DNA of 59,895 nt, filler included, from Sphacelaria rigidula (Eukaryota), in the NCBI GenBank assembly GCA_964200075.2. It is 9 parts of 9 records of this genome, joined end to end, with 100 filler letters (N's around TTAATTAATTAA, not from the genome) between each part and the next. Parts side by side here need not be neighbours in the genome. Positions count along the whole stretch, not along the records: positions 33,336 to 39,900 come from CAXNAA020019313.1; positions 40,001 to 46,565 come from CAXNAA020019314.1; positions 46,666 to 53,230 come from CAXNAA020019315.1; 6 more parts are not named here. One strand, 5' to 3'. Position 1 is the first letter of the stretch; the number at the start of each line of letters is the position of its first letter. Under the pieces are notes generated by a model. The model was not told where the DNA came from and made no database searches. It saw nothing but the letters and a program-made list of their open reading frames with translations. A program made the position numbers and the translations under genes. Below, piece after piece: positions 38,333-48,899 of this stretch.

Positions 38333-38913
38333 CCAAGGTTCTGTTATGTAAGGTACGGGTACGTTCTGTAGGGTATGAGATTTCTTACAGAACTTACAGA
38401 ACTGTCGGGTGCCGTTATGAAACTCTTGCAGAGTTTACAGAACTGTCGGGTACTAGTATGGAAGTCTTCCAGAAATCACAGAACTTGTCGGGTACGGTAT
38501 GAGAGGCTTACAGAAAAACGGTGCTGGCAATCGGGTAATTCTTTTAGGGCATACCCACCCCTCGGGTTGAGGTAATTGTTTTGCACAGAACTCACAGAAG
38601 TGTCGGGTAAGGGTATGGGAAGCTTACAGAACCAACAGAAAATATCGGGTGTATGGTAAGGAGGTTGCACAGAAAACCGTCCCCGCAACCGGGTATCTTA
38701 TCAAGAGCGTACCCGTGCCCCCGGTAACGGTACGGGAGGCTTACAGAACTTACAGAACTATCGGGTACGGGCATGAAAGCCTTCCAGAGGTCACAGAACT
38801 GTCGGGTACCGGTATGGAAATCTTACAGAGATTACAGCACTGTCGGGTACGGTAAATACCCGCAAAATACCCCGGGTATACAGAAAGCCGTACCCTACAA
38901 AATACGACCTTGG
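38333..38913. mobile_element. Non-autonomous TIR element built of CAGAAC(T)..GTCGGGTA repeats (hAT-like); partial relative at about 39515-39830
   Basis: CCAAGGTTCTGTTATGTAAGGTACGG vs reverse complement of the end CCAAGGTCGTATTTTGTAGGGTACGG; ~43-bp internal repeat; TSD not clear. Confidence 0.7.
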
Positions 38914-40093
38914 TGTTATCATCACCCCTGTGGTGGGACCTACCTCACTACAACAGTGGCGAAATACAGATGGCAGCTCACGAAACCTCTGAACGGCTTT
39001 CACGGGGTTGATAGAGAGAGACTACGCGAACAAGCGCAGCAGTACATGTGCACGGGGTCGCAAACATCTATCGGTTTCACCTACACTCCCAGAGAGTACA
39101 TGAACGAGCATTCACGGCTGCCCGTCCTCTGGAAGCCCTTCGGCACGCGACAAAATCGCCGATGGCCTTGACGACTTTCGGTGACAGCTCATATTCTGTG
39201 CTGTACATGTCGATAACGGCCTGGGGTTTGATGACCACGACACAACCACCATCAACGTCGATGACGTGCATCTTGCTACTTGACTCTCTAGTGGTACAGA
39301 TGAACCACTCTCGCTCGAGCTACCATTTGCGAGTCTGGGGTGATCCATCCTGATGGTCTGCAGTGCTGCTCATGTTTCGTGTTTCCACTCAGCGGTACCG
39401 CGTATCCCGCCATATCCCAAAACCAAACAACGTTTCTACATTGAATTATTGTTGGGGTGCAGGTTTGAATGAAGGGGTTGGGTGGGTTGATCGATAGGAG
39501 GTACATGTTCAGGTCATGAGGTTGTGTTCGGATTTAACCTATATCCGTACCTCCCCAAGGTATATACCTGTGCTCGTACCTGCAATCGAGTATATCTATC
39601 ACGGTATACCCGAACCCCGGGTAGGGGTATGGCAGGCTTACAGAGCTCACAGAACTGTCGGGTACCGGTACTGGATGAAAGTCTTACAAAACTCACAGAA
39701 CGTGTCGGATACGGTATGGGAGGCATACAGAAAACCCGTACCGGCAACCGTGGATTTCTGTAAGAGCATACCCGCGCTCCGGGCACGGGTAAACATTCTG
39801 TACAAAACTCACAGAACTGTCGGGTATGTTGGTGTGAACAGCCTTTTCAGTGTAGTCTGCAGTACTGACAAATCACGGTACGAAGGTATCTGTCTTTACT
39901 NNNNNNNNNNNNNNNNNNNNNNNNNNNNNNNNNNNNNNNNNNNNTTAATTAATTAANNNNNNNNNNNNNNNNNNNNNNNNNNNNNNNNNNNNNNNNNNNN
40001 GTGGACCAAGGTTAAACACTTAGAGGAAAAAACAAACGAGGCGGCCCCCCCCCCCCCCCCATCATTTACCATCAGTCGACATTTGAAATCGTG

Positions 40094-40443
40094 TCAAACT
40101 TTCCGGCTCCGATTCTACTTGAGCATAATCGCGGCTTCGATCCGGTCACCTAACGCCCTCTCCTGGCGGAAGTTCAAACACCCCCTCAAAATGGAAAACA
40201 CTCGCTCCATAAACGCGGACGATGGCTAAATAAGCACGATATCCATCGCCACGAGATACGAAGTGGGAAGCCTTGTTTTGTCATCGTCCCAAAACGACAG
40301 CAAACCGTAATTTGAGTGCGCGCCCAAGGCCGCGACCAAAAAGTCATCCTTCTCGGACAAAAGGTCCGCCATGACCTCGGGGGTCACGAAGGGGAAAACA
40401 GCAAGCTGGCGGACCTCCTCCAAGTTGTAGCCTGCACGCTGCT
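40094..40443 (-). pseudogene. hAT transposase C-terminal dimerisation domain remnant
   Basis: LLSFWDDDKTRLPTSYLVAMDIVLI*PSSAFMERVFSILRGCLNFRQERALGDRIEAAIMLK matches W...LP...A...PSSAxxERVFS, with in-frame stops. Confidence 0.8.
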
Positions 40444-40940
40444 TAATATACAGGAAGTCGATGAGCTAACGCTGTAGGCTTGCAATGTACAATGGGCCCC
40501 ATGGCACAACTTAATATTATTTCCGCACATTTGTCCGATCTCGCGAACCCGTGGTCACAGACGTAGGCTCGCCTTTCCANNNNNNNNNNCCACGAAAACC
40601 GGTGAGAAGTAGCTCCCCCGAGTTCAACGGGGAGAGAACAGATGGGAACAAAAACAAACAACTATTGTACAAAATAATATTTACATTTTTTAATTCAACA
40701 CGTAGTATCAAATGTATGAAACACAGGTGGAAACTTTTTTCGGATCAGACCTGCAACTATGGCAGTTTGGGGTATTGATTATTGAAGCCTGTCTGGTGAC
40801 GAGTAACGAGTGACGAGTCACGCCATAGGCCATAGGGAGTACTTCCAAGCAGCTGATACACTGGCTGCAGGAGGCGCATGAGAAAATATCGCAATTTTAT
40901 GGGCGTTTCGAGCACATTTTAGGCTTTTCAGAAATGTTAA

Positions 40941-42022
40941 CCCTTGTGGGACCGATCCCCCACTAACACAGGGTTGATCCTGTACCCTAACCCTAACCCT
41001 GACCCTAACAGGGTTGACCCTGTGTTAGTGAAATAATTCAAAGTAAGTCTTCGAGCGACCTACCTTATCACGGCGAGGCGAAATTTATCGACCAGATCCG
41101 AATGACCAGCGCGAGGATTGTAGTCGCGTGTGATGCCACAGCAAAGATCGTGTGGGGGCCCTATCCCTGGCCCGGGTAAGCCTTCCCACGTTTCCAAGTG
41201 CAGGGCGGTCGGAACTTGGTCATATGATATTAGTTGTACTCAGTACAGCGTTCCCGAGTTTGTCGGCAGGTTTTTTGGGTCACCATTTTATACTAAAACG
41301 TAGTAATTTACACTAACACAGGGTGGACGGGAAAAATCAGGAAGAAGTGTGCATGCCATCATGTAGTCATTTTCACGAGGCACTAAACCCAGGTGGGCCG
41401 TGGAAAGACAAGAGGAGCTACCGTCATGAATTCTGCTTATCCCTCTGCCGATGACTTGTAGTGTGCAGTTAGCATGTATGCAGTGGGTGGGGATGAAGAA
41501 GCGGTACCAAGGCAGCTGATCTCGGTAGCTGATAATTGCCCAGAACGTGTAAGGGGGTATGCAGCGGCAGCTGCTGCTTCAGTCGGAGAGGCGTACTACA
41601 CTACACTGCACTGTACTGTACTGTACTGTACTGTACTTTACTATACTGTAGTATGTGTGCGCGCCGCAACGCTGATAACCTTCGAAGAGAATGGCGGCCC
41701 ACCCCGACCACAAAGGGCTGTGTGGCAAGGTGATGGGGACAAAGGTATCATCCACAGCCATAAGTGGCAGGCGGCCCGCCGGTCGTCGCATCCTGGTGGA
41801 GGCTCTATATACCGTGATCCATACTGCTTGCTAAAAAAGATGTACACCGCCTAATGCGCACCCTGCACCTGAGTCTAGATTGGATGAGACTCTCGGTCTT
41901 CGTCATAACCCTGCGGTTACATACGCGGGTTTTTAGCAACACGCCGCTGTTTCGTGCATATGCCAGACACGTCATTCCTGACCAGCCTCATTGGTCGTTC
42001 TGGAGGCCCGGTCCCAAAAGGG
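40941..42022. mobile_element. Non-autonomous piggyBac-like element, 1082 bp
   Basis: TTAA|CCCTTGTGGGACCG ... CGGTCCCAAAAGGG|TTAA; contains CCCTAA repeats (40985-41009) and a (CTGTA)n tract. Confidence 0.8.
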
Positions 42023-42026
42023 TTAA

Positions 42027-42124
42027 CCCTTAGACTGCGAGATTAGTCTTTCTGGATCATGCACACCTTTTTTCACTCGAAATTGATGCCGATTCAACAG
42101 AAAACTAACCTCGCGGTGTAAGGG
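42027..42124. mobile_element. piggyBac-like micro-MITE (98 bp)
   Basis: TTAA|CCCTTAGACTGCGAG..CTCGCGGTGTAAGGG|TTAA; shares a TTAA with the preceding element. Confidence 0.85.
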
Positions 42125-42307
42125 TTAAGCTCTCTTCAAGCTTTTCGAAAAAAAGCTTATTTAGGCCCGACAACCCCGAATTAAGCTAAACCTTGAGCGC
42201 ACTTACGGAGCTAATGCCTACAGGTACTTTGTCATTTCCGCAACGACCACTCCCCAGATTGCCAACGACCACTCGTAGCTGATTTCGGTGCACTGTTATG
42301 GGGGTGA

Positions 42308-43248
42308 GGCCGTATCTTAGGGCGTGTCTTGGCGCTTTTTTTTTTCGATCGAAAAAGTGCGGTCGATTTTTTTTTGTCGATCTCACAGGTCCACCGCATT
42401 TGTGTTCCTTCAAGGCTTCGACTCAAAATTGTAATTAGCGGCGGGCGGAGAAGAATGCAACGAGGTGGAAAACAATCGTTTTAGATCGAAAACATGCGGT
42501 CGAAAGGCACGAAGCGACACTTGACTCCTATCTTACAGATCACCACGCCAAATAACACCTGTTCAAAGGACCATGCGAACTCCATCCAACTCATTCTCAG
42601 CTACCACCGTAACCCTGCAGTATAGACAGTGTTGCGCCAAAAAAACAGAGGTCGAATGTACGCCGATTTTTGCATACAAGAATCATTGTATAAATTACCA
42701 GCTTCGATCGTCCGCAAAGCAGGTGTAGTTCACACGAGCGAGGTGCCCCAGAGGGACGACCTACGGCCCAACACGGCATATCTGAAAAGCCATGTTCAAG
42801 GCTGGATCGTCGGCACAAGTTGCAGGCCGAGAACGTGATTATATCCCGCACGCACTCAAGGCACCCTGCTTGCAAGCAGTGCGCACTCAAGACTGCCTGT
42901 ACTGTACACGAGTGACCCTGTACCGTTTCACGAATTTCACTCTCTTTTTTCGATCGAAATCTTGAAACTCCATCCGGACCCAACTGCATCAAAACGAGAA
43001 ATTTTCGCTCAGATCGATTCCACCGCCTCATTTTTTCGGTCGAAAAGAAAAGTGCTAAGACAGGCCCTCATCAAATTGTTTTCGTGTCGAAAATGTGCGG
43101 TCGAATCGAATTCTTTCGTTTCTGATTCGTCCATGCTGTTCATTTCATCAGATGGTTGAGAACATGGATGCCGTGGACGTATCAAGTACGAGCAAATTCG
43201 ATTCCGCCGTACGTTTTCGAGTCGAAAACAAGTTGATGAGACACGGCC
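42308..43248. mobile_element. Harbinger-like MITE B1, with MITE A1 inserted in its left TIR
   Basis: TGA|GGCCGTATCTTA[A1]TCATCAA ... TTGATGAGACACGGCC|TGA. Confidence 0.75.
42320..43067. mobile_element. Harbinger-like MITE A1
   Basis: GGGCGTGTCTTGGCGCTTTT ... AAAAGTGCTAAGACAGGCCC; flanks TTA/TCA; homologous to 44620-45441. Confidence 0.8.
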
Positions 43249-43251
43249 TGA

Positions 43252-45453
43252 GGCCGTGTCTTATCAAATTTTCTCCGACTCGAACGAGTTCGTGCGGCGG
43301 AATTGATTCACTTCGCTTTGCTATGTTTGGGTCCGAACGAATTTGCACGCTTTGAATCGAAAAGGGGAAGCGGAATTCGTGAAGCGGTACCTCTTTACTT
43401 ATATTCAATAGACAGTACAGAGCAGACGGTACAGACTGTACAACAGTGGCGGCCTGTACTGTCCAGATGGTGTGTGTTTCGCACAGCATGCGGGCGCGAT
43501 GTGGAAAAGAAGCGGGCAACACGACACACAGTAGATTTGACAGACGATACAGCTTTCTGACTCTCTGCATACAGGAGGATGCGAAGCAGAATTGAACCAC
43601 GTGCAGTTTTTCACCGCCTCTACTGTCCATAAGCGCGATGGCAATTCGATTGCCCACCCCGACACGCAACTCCGTCGGTGGACCCTGCCACAAAATTAGA
43701 TGTCTAAGTTTTTGCCGAGAAGAAGAAGCACATCATGCTGAAAGTGTGGTGGTGTTGGTTTCCTATCACTGCTGCAGTATATATCCCTGTGCTGAGTACG
43801 CGATCTATGCCGCAGGGTTGGATACGTAGCTGCGAATGAACCATTCGGGTTTTGCGAAATTCAGTGAAAGGGTATAATAGTATCTGGCACGGTTGTCTGC
43901 AACATAAGTACTTCTTTACCTATATATAGTATAGTACAGACAGTACAGACTGTACAACAGAGACGGCCTAGACTGTCCAGATGCTGTGTGTTTCGCACAG
44001 CATGCGGGCGCGATGTGGAAAAGAAGCGGGCAACGCGACATACAGCAGATTTGACAGACAGCACAGCTTTCTGACTCTCTGCATACAGGGGGATGCGCAG
44101 CAGATTTGAACCACGTGCAGTTTTTCACCGCCTCGACTGTCCATGAGCGCGTTGGCAATTCGATCGCCCACCCCAACACGCAACTCCGTCGGTGGACCCT
44201 GCCACAAAATTAGATGCCCAACTTTCGCCAAGAGAAAAGGACACACCATGCCAAAACAGTGGTGATGTCAGTTTCTATCATTGCAGTGTATGTATACCTG
44301 CGCTCAGTTCGTGATCAGTGGCGCAAGGTTGAGTAGGTAGTTGCGAATGAACCATTTGGATTTTGCTTACCTCTGTGAAAGGGTAGTATCTGGCACGGTT
44401 GTCTGCAACATGGGAGTTACGTGCCGCTTCGTTCATTCCGCCGCTCGTTTCGCTCGAAAAAGCTGAGCTTTTCTGTTTTTTACCCTGCCCGTCGCGTGCA
44501 ACTAATTATAAAATGGACTTGAAGCCATCTAGAAACATTAATACCGTGGACGTATCAGAATCGGTCTCGTAACGACTAGTTCGATTCGACTGCATGTTTT
44601 CGAGTCGATTTTTTTCAAAGGGCGTGTCTTGGCACTTTTTTTCCGATCAAAAAAGTGCGGTCGAATCTTCTTGGGCCGATCTCATAGGTCTACCGCATGT
44701 ATGTTCCTTGAAGGCTTCGACTCGAAATTATAATTAGCAGCGCGCGGAGGAGAATGCAACGAGGTAGAAAACAATCGTTTTAGATCGAAAACACTCGGTC
44801 GAAAGGGATGAAGCGGCACATAACTCCTATCTTGCAGACCACCACGCCAAATAACACCTGTTCACATGACCATGCGAACTCCATCCAACTCATTCTCAGC
44901 TACCACCGTAACCCTGCAGCTTAGAGCACGAGTTGAGCACAGGGATAGATACACAAACAGTAGTTGGGTGTACTTTGGTTATTTTTTGTTGGAAAAAACT
45001 TCGCATCTTCTCTTGTGGTAGGCATCAGGGACGGAACTGCGTGGTACGGTGGGTGACCGAGTAGCGTGCACGCTCATGGACAGTGCAGGCAGTACAAAGC
45101 TGTACGTTGCTGAAGTTTTTTTCACGTCGCATTGTAAGCAGAGAGAACTGATTGTCGTGGGCGGTCTGCACTGCACGTTGCCTGCTTCTTCCTTATATCC
45201 TCCTGCACGAAACACGCACACACGCATATAAGACGCCCTGCTTGCAAGCAGTGCGCACTCAAGATTGCCTGTACTGTACACGAGTGACCATGTACCGTTT
45301 CACGAATTTTACTGTCTTTTTTCGATCGAAATCTTGAAAACCCATCCGGACCCAAACTGCATCAAAACGAGAAATTTTCCCTCAAATCAATTCCACCGCC
45401 TCATTTTTTTTTATCGAAAAGAAAAGTGCCAAGACAGGCCTTAAGACATGGCC
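43252..45453. mobile_element. Harbinger-like MITE B2, with an internal ~510-bp duplication (about 43400-43900 vs 43925-44410) and MITE A2 in its right TIR
   Basis: TGA|GGCCGTGTCTTATCAAAT ... [A2]TAAGACATGGCC|TGA. Confidence 0.7.
44620..45441. mobile_element. Harbinger-like MITE A2
   Basis: GGGCGTGTCTTGGCACTTTT ... AAAAGTGCCAAGACAGGCCT; flanks AAA/TAA. Confidence 0.8.
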
Positions 45454-45461
45454 TGAATTAA

Positions 45462-46045
45462 GGCCTTACCGACCAAAAATCCGTTCCCCCCACAAAAGAT
45501 AAAATGAACGCGGAGGAATATCTAAGACGCATTGAAGACATCATGGACTGTTCGGACCTGTGCCGAACCTGTGCCGAACCTGTGCCGAACCTGTGCCGAG
45601 CATAACACACGCTCCATCCCAAGTTACCTGGGTTTAGTATGCGACATATGTAATTTTGTCATCGCAATTATCTCGAGACAGGAAGCACAGCGACCTCTGG
45701 AACTTCACAGCCTACCGCACACACACTAGACCTATTCAGCGCCGTGAGCGAATTTGCTCAATTCGCCACAGTGGATCCGAAAAGCCCCAGAACGTTGCAG
45801 GAAACACGTTTTCAGTACATTTCGTGTATGGTTTCGTGTTTGGTGCAGCGGTTTGCGAAGTGCTGCGGCCTCACCCGTTACGAAAACGTACTTGCAACAC
45901 TTGATAGTTCTGGTGTGTGGGAAACGCATGCATCAAACCGCAGTCCAATCCTCGGCTTCGTTGCCGAGAAAATAGAGTTGAAAGGTGAGCACAACAACAT
46001 ACTGCAACAAGAGGGGTACAACAACACGAGCAGCAGCTTCCATCA
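45462..46045 (+). repeat. Dispersed repeat homologous to 30967-31690, with an 11-bp tandem (ACCTGTGCCGA) x4
   Basis: Direct similarity to 30967-31690; begins TAA|GGCC. Confidence 0.7.
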
Positions 46046-46899
46046 GTCTTACACCAAACAAAAAAAAAAGCAGGTCAACTGCCAAAATTCCCGCATACAA
46101 AAATCATATGCACCTCATGTATCTTTGGACGGTTTAACAGGGTTTAGTACTGTATCTTCTGTACAAATCAAGGGTTATTTTGCTTGTGGATTTCTCCGCC
46201 GTGTCTATTGTAACCAGCCTGAAACTTGGCACAGAGGTAGACCACGACACAGACAGCATTTTCCCGGAGCGGCGGCACGTTTTACGTGGTACTCTAGTTG
46301 CACGAAGCAAAATACGGATTTTGGGCAATGCCATCGATACGCCCTCAAAACGCAGTCCCCTCGGCCCAGCCTGCGTGAGACGTCGGTGGATGCATATATT
46401 GACACGCAGATACGCTCACTTCCTGCTGGGTGGCTCCTGCCCCGGCAAACGAACACATCGATCAAGGGGCCTTACAGACTGGAAAACGGTTTATACCCCC
46501 CCCCCCTCAAGGTGACGCACTCATGAGGCAGTGTAAAAGCCGTGGCTGTCTCTGGAAGTGGCGACNNNNNNNNNNNNNNNNNNNNNNNNNNNNNNNNNNN
46601 NNNNNNNNNTTAATTAATTAANNNNNNNNNNNNNNNNNNNNNNNNNNNNNNNNNNNNNNNNNNNNCAACTTTTGACTCACTTTTGGGCAATCAGGCCGAA
46701 GAAATCGTGAGTTTGGTGATTCGAACCCGTGATGACTCGTCCTAACCGCGAAAAATTACTTCTTAAAACCATATGTACTGAATATACGCAAGACATGGGT
46801 ATAATGTGTTTCGCTGCAGTGTAAATATAGGGCACCGGGATAGATGGACCCGCGGTCCTCGAAGGGTTTCTTCATGGTTCTCCACGTACGCCAGTTTGC

Positions 46900-47089
46900 T
46901 CAGGGCTACTAGCAGTGCCATATGGCATTTCAAGTCGATATCCTGAACCGCTACGGCACACGAAGCATACGGGACGGTCGTTTGCTCGAGACCTTTCCAT
47001 ATGCACAGACAACATCATTTCACCATGGCTGGATCCCTCGGGGGATCAGATAAAGGGTGACAATCAATCAATCAATCAATCAATCAATC
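46900..47089 (+). mobile_element. LINE/SINE 3' end with a (CAAT)n tail
   Basis: CCATGGCTGGATCCC..GACAATCAATCAATCAATC; 5' boundary approximate. Confidence 0.55.
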
Positions 47090-47499
47090 CGACAAAAAAG
47101 CTCAGCCGCAGTTCGAGAATAATACACTGCGAGAGTGCAGAGGATATCTCCTTGTTCAATCTTATTTCCCACCCAAATCGAAGTCGAAACGGCGTTCTTC
47201 CCGAGAAGGTGTGCCAATACCCCGTGAAAGAAGAAGAGAAAGGTTCCGAGTATTCAAGTGAGGCAAATGAGGAAGGACCCTACTCACCGTTTCGGAGTGA
47301 TCTTCGCGCCACCGACTGTAGTCATCGATGAGAGAGGGCCGGTGCGTGAACAGCTCCGAGTTGACGGCTTCGTTGTAGAACATTTCGTCATCCACCTGGA
47401 CAGCAACATATTTTTTTTGAGATTCGACCAAAAGCGAGTGACTTCCACGGACATCTGGCGTGTGAGGCGTTTCTTTTTTCTTCCACAGGCTGGTTTAGG

Positions 47500-47766
47500 G
47501 TGAACGCCCACAACTTATTCCTCACTAGATTGGTCGGCAAATTTTCTTTCTGTGCTTTGCTTGTGTTGACTTTTTTATTACTTTTTTTTTGGTTACGACT
47601 TAGTCTGCTATGTCGTTCTGTTCGACACTCCCCTTTTTTTTTTTATGTTCCTTCTTTATCTCAGAGCGTGTTTCAGTTTCGTCTTTCCTGGGTACGTCTA
47701 TCATGGGACCACGGCTGGACCCCTGGGGGGTCAATTAAAGTGCGACAATCAATCAATCAATCAATC
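47500..47766 (+). mobile_element. LINE/SINE 3' end with a T-rich UTR and (CAAT)n tail
   Basis: CCACGGCTGGACCCC..GACAATCAATCAATCAATC. Confidence 0.6.
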
Positions 47767-48899
47767 AGATACAGAACCCAAAACTGACCCGATGGAAACA
47801 CATTTGGTATCATAGTGACCCTAACGAGCGAGCGAACAGTGTGACGTAGCCAGATTTCTTCTTGCATCCTTGCTGTGGCGCTGTCAGTGAAATTCTTCCT
47901 TGGTCAATCAGGGGGCCTTGAAATTGTCCTGAAACTTGACATGCGAATTCCCGACATAGTTGCTGCCCAATCTCATTATGAATCAAGCCTTAGTAACCGT
48001 CATCAGCTAGGAGATCTGACGCAAAAATATATATTTGAAAATGGTTACCATGGGATCATTATTGAAGCCCAAACCGTGGTATTTCGATGATGTGGGGTTA
48101 TGGTGTTGCCAGATTTCCACTGATAGTTAGCATCAAAGACCCAGAAAGCCTCGTGACGGTTTCCCTTGTGCCTGTCGTAGAAAAGCTCCGATCATTTTCA
48201 ATCTTGGCAGTTTGTTAGATATGGGCGCTGGAAATAAAAACAAAAAACATCGTTGAAACATATGCCGAAGTTCACCCGCTCCCTACCGGCTTCTGGAGGT
48301 CCCGGCGTCGAGACCCCCAGAGGCCGGTACAGGACGCATAAAAGTAAAAAAATGAAAAATTTACCACGAGCTGGGCCAGCTGACAGTCATTTGTGACTGT
48401 ATCCGGGCCGGGCGGTGGGTAATCCGAAGCGTTGGACGCTGAATTTTTGACGCAACATTTTTATTATCACTACACACAACCTTCCCGGGGATGCCAAGAA
48501 AAACAAACAGAAAGTTGGAGCGATTCGAAGTTCCTGCAAAAACTTAAAAAATGCTATAACTCCGTGAAAATAAAGAAATACGGAGGCATCCCCAGTGTAG
48601 TTGTGCGTCCTTGTGTGAAGGAGATCCTCGTGCAACTTCGGCCGAAACTTCCAGAAATTTGGCGCAGCATCCAGCTTTTCGTGTGGCACGGCTGCGCTCC
48701 TTCAATACACGTGATGCAGTTGACTCCAATTACCGAGGTCACGAGATACATTACGAGCTGGGCCAGTCTAAGAACGGATTTAAGCTCTCAAAGCAATATC
48801 TCAACGACACCGACGAGTTGGGCCGTGATCCGCATATCGTATTAACCGTCGGATCAAGGGAAAGGTGGTCATCTGCTCAAAAATCTGGGCCAATTTTGT

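Larger units (their letters stand above)
36050..39510. pseudogene. Decayed, apparently intronless ORF cluster of unknown family (virus-like or large-transposon-like)
   Basis: Protein-like plus frames at 36074-36488, 37022-37822 and 37869-38332, and minus frames at 39077-39506; broken by stops, frameshifts and two insertions. Confidence 0.4.

Noticed and set aside
38350..38900. CRISPR-like array (CAGAAC..GTCGGGTA)
   Set aside because: The intervening sequences are related to each other and the block is bounded by TIRs
39400..39460. CRESS Rep helicase-like RNVVWFWDMAG
   Set aside because: No proper Walker A (GxGKS/T) follows and no HUH motifs were seen
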